Source: Eledone cirrhosa (lineage: Eukaryota). Taken from it: a stretch of 64,000 nucleotides of DNA. Each line of letters begins with the position of its first letter. Within the stretch, counting starts at the first letter, position 1. The DNA lies in NCBI GenBank assembly GCA_964016885.1, contig OZ024740.1, positions 381,176,001-381,240,000 of the forward strand, given 5' to 3'. A program made the position numbers and the translations under genes. The notes below the pieces were generated by a model. It made no database searches and had not been told where the DNA came from. It saw only the letters and a program-made list of their open reading frames with translations. Of the stretch, positions 56,933-64,000 are shown one piece after another.

Positions 56933-57125
56933 AATAATTGTTTCTACTTTTGGCACAAGGCCAGCAATTACCCAGTGCATTACTGGTACTTTATTTTATC
57001 GACCCCGTAAGGATGAAAGGCAAAGTTAACCTCGGTGGCATTTGAACCCAGACCGCAAAGGGCCGTAACTCTATGCTGAAAAGCATGGTGTCCGACTTTC
57101 TACCAATACTGCCAATCCTCCGCCC
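56933..57125 (-). mobile_element. tRNA-derived SINE, full length
   Basis: Reverse complement of the consensus. Confidence 0.88.
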
Positions 57126-57295
57126 TTTCGTATGTAGTAGTAAAAATAATAATAATAAATACAAAGGGCAAAAAATCCTGAGAGGTCTCAATAAGTGTTA
57201 TATATCATCATCATTTTTGCATCCACTTTTCCATGGTTGCATGGCTTGGACAAGATATATATATATATAAAAGTGTAAGTAAACTATTTCAACAT

Positions 57296-57370
57296 GATCT
57301 TCTGAAACTTTCAGAAGACCTGCTTTAGGGTGAAAGCAGAAATTTTTTGCTTAAACTTTTAATCTATGTT
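57296..57370 (+). mobile_element. Short copy of the CAGAAGA-hammerhead element end, with a 14-nt inverted head
   Basis: tttcagaaga..agggtgaaagcag..tgcttaaactttt aligns to the reverse complement of 19305-19364. gatcttctgaaact is identical to 19351-19364. Confidence 0.65.
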
Positions 57371-57667
57371 AATTATGTATATAGTGTACCCCAACATTCA
57401 CAGCCCCAGTTATTCATGGAATTTTCCTTAGAACCTAATTAATAATTGTTCGTGGAAACCACTGCATATTCGTGATTATTTTAGGGCTTTTTTTCATGCT
57501 TTTTAATGCTAAATTATATATAATATACCGTATTTGCCTGCCTATATTTTACATTATGTTTTGACGTTTATAGGCATTTTTTTGGACCACGTCCAGTATT
57601 GGTGGTTTTTACTCTTTGCGGGTGCTCTAGGAATGTAACCCTCACGAAAACCGGGGAACAACTGTGT

Positions 57668-57722
<55 letters not shown>

Positions 57723-58095
57723 TGTGTGTATTTGTATATATATATATATATATATCATGCAATTTATATTTGTGTATTAGTTTATACGAAGCTTAAAATC
57801 TTGTAAACTGAAATAATAAAAAGAATGTTCAAATTTTGGAATGTGTGTAAATAATTACAGCTTGAATTAGATGTAATTTTGGAAGAAACAGTTTTCATGA
57901 TTCAGTTTTCAATTAAAAAATCAATAATTTCTTCATGAAAGGAAAGAGTATCATCAGGACTTATCTTCCCTTTGTTTGATGTCAGTAGAATTAATTGAAT
58001 GTTGTGTTGATATTAATTAGAAAAACATTTATTTGTAAATCGAATAAAGATGTTTTATCAAGTTTTACTTAATTATATTTGTTTTATCTTTACAG

Positions 58096-58397
58096 AGAAA
58101 GCTTTTGATATCACATATGTGAGTATACGATTCCACTCAAGTCGTCCTGAAAGTTTTGCCATCTATAAAAGGAGTTCAGAAGATGGTGAATGGATACCTT
58201 ACCAATATTACAGTTCTTCTTGTGAGCGTACCTATGGCTTACGGCCGAAATCCATTATTACAGTACATGATGAGTCAAAGGCAATTTGTAGTGATGAATT
58301 TAGTGATATATCTCCACTATCTGGAGGTACAGTTGTCTTTAGTACACTGGAAGGAAGACCTAGCAGTCGGAGATTTGATACCAGTAAAGTTTTGCAA
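58096..58397 (+). CDS. LAMC1: Laminin subunit gamma, N-terminal (LN) domain internal exon
   Basis: KAFDITYVSIRFHSSRPESFAIYKR..WIPYQYYS..C...CSDEFSDISPLSGG.V.FSTLEGRPS..F..S.VLQ. Acceptor ttttatctttacag (phase 1) and donor CAA/gtgagt (phase 0). Closer to laminin gamma than to netrin. The symbol denotes the gamma-1-like family. Confidence 0.92.
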
Positions 58398-58559
58398 GTG
58401 AGTAGTAATATAATTTCTTTCTGTCTATATCTACCCTTCTATTTGTGCCTGTTTGTCTGTGTTCAGCGAAGCATGCAACCTACCAACCAATTGATTCATC
58501 ATGTGTAAATGAAGACCCTCTACGTACATATAGATATGTATAAAGTATATATATAAGCA

Positions 58560-58825
58560 TGCAGCCCAAATGTTAAAGAGCTGGATTTAAGATTATAATG
58601 TGCATTTGATCCTTACACTGGGTGTCAAGTTGTGTTCTTGAACAAAACACTTCATTTTATATTGCTCATGTCTACTCAGCTTAAAATTAGTACCAGCATC
58701 AGCAGCGGCTAGGGGTTGATCCCTGCAATGGACTGGCATCATGTTCAGGAGGGAATCTTGTACTTTATGACAGTGGAATGAGCCCTAGCCTGATGAGTGT
58801 CTGGTTTGGGATAGACTTTAAACAT
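58560..58825 (+). mobile_element. Ancient tRNA-derived SINE (Meta/V-SINE-like central domain)
   Basis: tgtgttcttgaacaaaacacttca...ctactcagc...ccctgcaatggactggcatc motifs. Confidence 0.45.
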
Positions 58826-60199
58826 TTTAAACGATATATTATCAGCAGTTTGTGATTAACTTAGAATAATTTGAAATTTCAGTATATTTATTGTTTTTCC
58901 TATTTCATGAATTTGCTTTTGCTGAAATCCAATAGGTTGGGAATGTGTAGAAAGTATAACACTTGATATTGGATAACTTTGGTCAGCTCCGATTGTTTTG
59001 ACAACCAGTTAAATACTTAACTATATTTTCAGATACATGTTTCATTTCTTGACTGTAGCAAAGTTTTTCTTTGACTTAAATGTTGACTTATGTCTTCCTA
59101 GAAAGTTAAGCTATTATGTATTCTTTAGAAGTTAGATTTATCTACTCAAATAGCCTGTTATCTTATTGCACTCTTGTGTCAATAAATGGTAGTGCTGGTA
59201 CTACAATAAAAGGCACCAAGCTCACTCTGTAAAATGGTAGTGCTGTTCTAATGATAAAAAGCAGGCAGTCCACCCCATTATAAGGTAGTGGCTGTGCCAC
59301 AATGAAACACACGATATACACAATGTGAATTTCTGGACATTAGGAAGTGCATCTAGCCATAGAAACCATGTAAGGATGAAACATGAACAAGATGCATTCA
59401 TCTAACTTGTTTAGCCCCTGAACATGACCATCTGTCTAACCCATGCATACATAGGAAATAGATGTAAAACAGTGATGATAATGATGATTTGGATTATTGA
59501 AAACCATGCTTCTTGGCACCAGTGGTTTTTGTCAGGAAATTGGTTTGCTTTCTTTGTTCCCAGTAGACTAGGCCAGAACTATTTACAACATTGTCCAAAA
59601 CCAAACTGCTTTACACAACATGCATTTTAAGCTGCCTGCCACCTCAACTAAAGATAATTGAAAAGAATTTGTTTTCATGTATTATAGTGCTTTGGGTAAT
59701 TATTTTGTTTTGTGTGCGTTTTTCATCTGTGTTACAATGCAACGTCTTCTAATGCAACAGTTTGTTATATTTGTGCTCTATAGTCAGATACTGCACATTA
59801 GGCTTTATTGTAAATATTTCACTGGCCGTCACAAAAGCATCATGAGTGTCACGAGAAAAATAGAATGTGTAATAGTGTATTATTGTGTTGGATTATAATT
59901 TTCAGTTCTTGCAAACTGACTGTTGAAAAAATCTGCATTTTTTTTTTTTTTTTTTTTTTTTTGTTGCATATTCAGCATTTCAATCTTTCATGATTGTATG
60001 ATGAAATATATTGTATTTCAATTAATGGAGAATTTTGAGGGATTTACTAAATTTATTAATGGTTTCATTATTAAGAGAGTTACTTAACATATAGTTTTTA
60101 TATAAAATTATGTTAGAGGGTGGTTTTGTTTCATAGTACCAGGACCAGTTTTGACCAGGTTGGTATCAAAATGTTAAATCACAGTACATTATAAGTTAA

Positions 60200-60383
60200 G
60201 GGCGGTGGATTGGCAGTATCGGTAGAGAGTCGGACGCCATGCTTTCCAGCATAGTTACGTCCCTTTACGATCTGAGTTCAAATCCCGCCGAGGTTTACTT
60301 TACCTTTCATCCTTACGGGGTCGATAAAATAAAGTACCAGTAATGCACTGGGTATTTGCTGGCCTTGTGCCTAAAGTAGAAAC
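60200..60383 (+). mobile_element. tRNA-derived SINE, full length with TSD
   Basis: Consensus match. cattataagtt is repeated at 60187-60197 and 60384-60394. Confidence 0.9.
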
Positions 60384-62469
60384 CATTATAAGTTTACATC
60401 AAAACTGATATAGACTAAATTCACCTTCATGTATGCTACAATACATTTTTATCTGTATTTATAGATTAGAATCATATGTAATCTAGACACAGAAAAGCAA
60501 TTACAAAATGGTGAATGATAAATCCAGAATACATGATCTATGGACTGTTTTTAACTTTTTGAATAATTGCCATCCTGCAATATGTCAGCGTGAGCAGAAT
60601 AAATAAACTCTAAATATTTTAAATTAGACAAATGGAAAGGGTCAGTATTCATAATTACAGGTTATCTGAGACTGCTGAGATTGATACCATTGGTGTTTAG
60701 TTTGAACATTTATAGACCAAGGTTTGCAGGAAAAAAAACGTTGGCAGATAGGGATTCCCAAAGAATTGAAGTTCTAGAGAGAAAGGATTAGGTTAAGTGT
60801 GTAGCATGTCAGACACAGTGAGAGGGTGAGATGAGATGGAGGGTTTTAGTTCTGAAGAATAAAAGAAGCAATAGAAGAGGCAGTGTTAGGAAATGGAATC
60901 TGTGAGCACCATGCAAACTTCTGTACAAGTTTGTTGCTGACAGAATCTTTGCCAATTAGTCAGTCAGTCTTTTGTATGTGCTTATTGATTAACTCCTAAG
61001 TCAACCCTGATCAAGCAGATTGATGATCAATGGCATTCTATTCATGACTTTCTCATCATTTAAGGATGTCAAAGACTATACTGTTTAAGGAATCCCTCAC
61101 CAAAGGGCTACATTTCTCTCACATTCAAATTCGAAACCATTCAGTGATCAAGTTACTAAAAGCCCTTAGATGAATGTCAAAACAGTAATTTGATATAAGT
61201 TGCATAATGGATTTGTATAAAGAGTTTTGTGTCTTTCAGTACTTGAATCCAGGTCTGTAAGCCCTTGGGGAGGCAAGTTTAAGACAATGCTTCAGTACAG
61301 AATCAGCCCTAATTTGTTTTCATTAACCTTGTTATTGCACTTGGGCCCTATTACTGTATATGTGTGATGGCTAATGCACAACAGTCCATTGCATGTTTAA
61401 CTTATTCTACTTAGCTATTTGTCTGTCTGTCTATGTGTCTGTCTGTTTGTCCTGTCTGTCTGTCTATCTTTATTCCAAACTACCCATGAAGAAGCCACTG
61501 ATTCCAAAATAGATTGTGTAAAAGAATCAGTGAACTAAGAAAAGAAACCCATCATAGAAAATTAAACACATGTAATAGTGTATAAGTAGGTGAAGAGAGT
61601 GAATGGAGGATTTAATATACATTTTATTTTTTTTAAATTGTTTAATAAAAAAAAATGCTACTCTATTTTTTTCTGAGAATTTGGGTCACTTGACTACTTA
61701 CCTTATAAATATTTACCTTTAGTTACCTGGTATTTTCCTCCTACTCCATGCTGTGTCACTCACCCTAGACTAGGGCATGATTGTTTTACTTCAAAACTAT
61801 TTCCACCATCCCATTTAAACTATTTTTATTAATTTATTTATTTATTCATTATTGTTGTTACTATTTGTTTTCCTTTGACACAGTGGCCGGGGAAACTAAA
61901 TGCAACAAATTGTACAATAATGGGCCACTTAAGTTTTATGATTGATGTTGAATAAATATATCACCATTTTAGCTGGCATTTTGCTTTACAACATATTACA
62001 AATGATTACTGTTGTTAGATGATAATGATAATAACAATAATAGAAGTGATGTTAGTTATAATAATAATTGCAGTTTGATGGTAAGGAAATATATTTGTAA
62101 TCTGTTTATGTCATATGGTTGGCTGCTTTCTCATGCCTTTAATTTTTCAATTAACCTTGTAGACGAGGCAGTATGTCATATATTTGTGTGTCATTGCTGT
62201 AATAAGTCCAGTTACATATGCTTCTTAAGTCCCCTTGCTTGTATACTCTCCTACATTATATTTATTGTTTTGGCAGTTTCACATACTTTTATTCTTTTAC
62301 TGGTTTTATTTGTTGGATAGTGGCCATGCTAGGGCACCACCTGGAAGGGTTTTAGATCATATATATAGCTTGTTCCAAAAAGGCGTTTTGTTAACTTGCT
62401 TCAAATGTTAAAAGTTAGATGTTTGGAAGAAATGAAAAAGCAGAAGAGAATGTTTTTGAAACACAAGTA

Positions 62470-62960
62470 CCATATACACTTGAATATAAACCGATCCCCT
62501 ATTTTATGTCTAAGAAATGGGCAAAAATCCAAACCCTAATTTATAAGCTGGGGCAGATAATCAACACATTATATTTAGATGTAGTTTTCAAATTCTCTTG
62601 AGTGGAGAATAGTTTTAATATTTTGATAGTTAAAATTTTTTAAGTGTCATATAAAATATAGTTTTTGTTTCTCAACTTCACTATGTAATGATTTTGTTAC
62701 CAATTTCTGACCATTTTGAAGGCCATATTCTTTCAAAACATATCGAAAACAATAGGAAATATGAATTTCACATCAATAGTGAAACCAGTTTAATATTCAG
62801 TTCCAAATATTTGATCTGAAATATTTTATCACTTCATTTACATAGAATTTTGAAGTTGATGAAAATCGGCAAAATACTGACCTTGAATATAAACCACCTC
62901 CATTTTACAATCTTTTTTTTTGTCACAAATTTCTCGTCTTATATACGAGTATGTAAAAGG
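62470..62960. mobile_element. Tc/pogo-like non-autonomous DNA transposon
   Basis: TA-ccatatacacttgaatataa ... ttatatacgagtatgtaaaagg-TA, with an internal repeat of ttgaatataaacc. Confidence 0.5.
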
Positions 62961-63053
62961 TAGTTAGGTAGTATACAGAAAAAGAAAGTAATTGAGGTGG
63001 AGAGAGATTATAAGATATTGAATTCTACTACTGATTAAAGAATTATAATGAAA

Positions 63054-63549
63054 TATTCTATTCTATTCTAAGGCGGGTAAAATTCCCGAGATCCATGGAC
63101 GAGTTCTCTCCAGCGGTCTCTGTCCCTCATTATCGCTGCCATGTCCTGCGTCTCCAAGAGACCAGTGTCTGTCCTGCGTCTCCAAGAGACCAGTGTCTGT
63201 CCTGCGTCTCCAAGAGACCAGTGTCTGTCCTTAGGGCATCAACATACGTTAACCTTGGTCTTCCTCTTCTAGTGTGTCCATGTAGGGGCTCCCAAAGGAG
63301 CACTGAGTGCAATGTCAACTCTGGATGTTGGTGAGCATGTCCAGCTAACCTCATCTCCTCTGTGTCACTTTTGAGCTGACTTTTGGGATGCTCCCATACA
63401 GCTCTGAGTTTTTCATCCTCAGTGTATACTGATTAATGTTCAGAGCCATCCTCAGCATTCTCGTGTAGCACCCATCCACCATCTGAGTGAGTTTCTTGGT
63501 CAGTGTCCAAGTCTCAGACCCATACAGCAGCACAGACTCCACTACTGCG
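63054..63549 (-). mobile_element. RTE-group LINE (different family) 3' part with a (TAGAA)n tail and an internal 28-bp x3 repeat
   Basis: VESVLLYGSETWT, LAGH..HPE and RGRPRLTYVD. The repeat spans 63142-63230. Confidence 0.85.
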
Positions 63550-64000
63550 GTCATGGTTTTCATTGACTTTAGGAAGGCCTTTGATTCTGTGGACCGTTAC
63601 TGCCTGATGAAGATCTTACAGGCTTATGGAATCCCCAAGAAGATAGTGGACATGATATCACTGCTCTACACCAACACCAAAGCCCAAGTCATTACACCTG
63701 ATGGGATGACAGAGTTCTTTGAGATACTGGCTGGAGTGCTCCAGGGAGATACATTGGCTCCCTACCTTTTTATCATCGTAGTGGACTATTGAATGCGCCT
63801 TGCACTGGAGAAACACCAGGACTCTGGCTTTACTGTGGCACCGGCTCAGAGCAGGAGAGTTAGGGCGAAAAAGGTATCGGATGCTGAATTTGCCGACGAC
63901 ATAGTTTTGGTGACAAATACAGTGAAGGAGGCAGAGGATTTGATGCGGGAGGTTGAGACTGTGTCGATGAGTGTGGGGCTGAGAATGAATGAGACTAAAA
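63550..64000 (+). mobile_element. Inverted RT segment of the same LINE (runs off the window)
   Basis: FIDFRKAFDSV, GVLQGDTLAPYLF, one TGA, EFADD and GLRMNETK. Confidence 0.85.

Noticed and set aside
58096-58397. Netrin assignment
   Set aside because: KAFDITYV, RPESFAIYKR, PYQYYS and DEFSDISPL are laminin-gamma-type residues
60200-60300. tRNA gene
   Set aside because: A/B-box-like head of a multi-copy SINE with no complete cloverleaf

Overview
AT-rich, repeat-dense animal DNA. The tRNA-like SINE family, RTE LINEs and long TA/CA tracts suggest a coleoid cephalopod such as an octopus (inference). Only one host exon is recognisable: a laminin gamma LN-domain exon at 58096-58397 (+). The rest is probably intronic and is filled with RTE and CR1 LINE fragments, SINEs and MITEs. 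Most notable: (i) several hammerhead-ribozyme motifs folded by eye, including a clean minimal type-I hammerhead inside a GC-rich rod-like ~190-nt retrozyme-like unit (16120-16312) and a CAGAAGA core variant seen twice (19314, 57309); (ii) a ~15.6-kb composite (18028-33656) inside one microsatellite, bounded by outward-facing RTE 3' tails and containing a permuted Naiad-like Penelope element, an RTE-tail/PLE chimeric junction, twin-priming-type inversions and kilobases of strand-biased (TA)nTG; (iii) near-perfect fold-backs at 12.7 kb and 55.7 kb. No searches or folding programs were run, and repeat boundaries are approximate.
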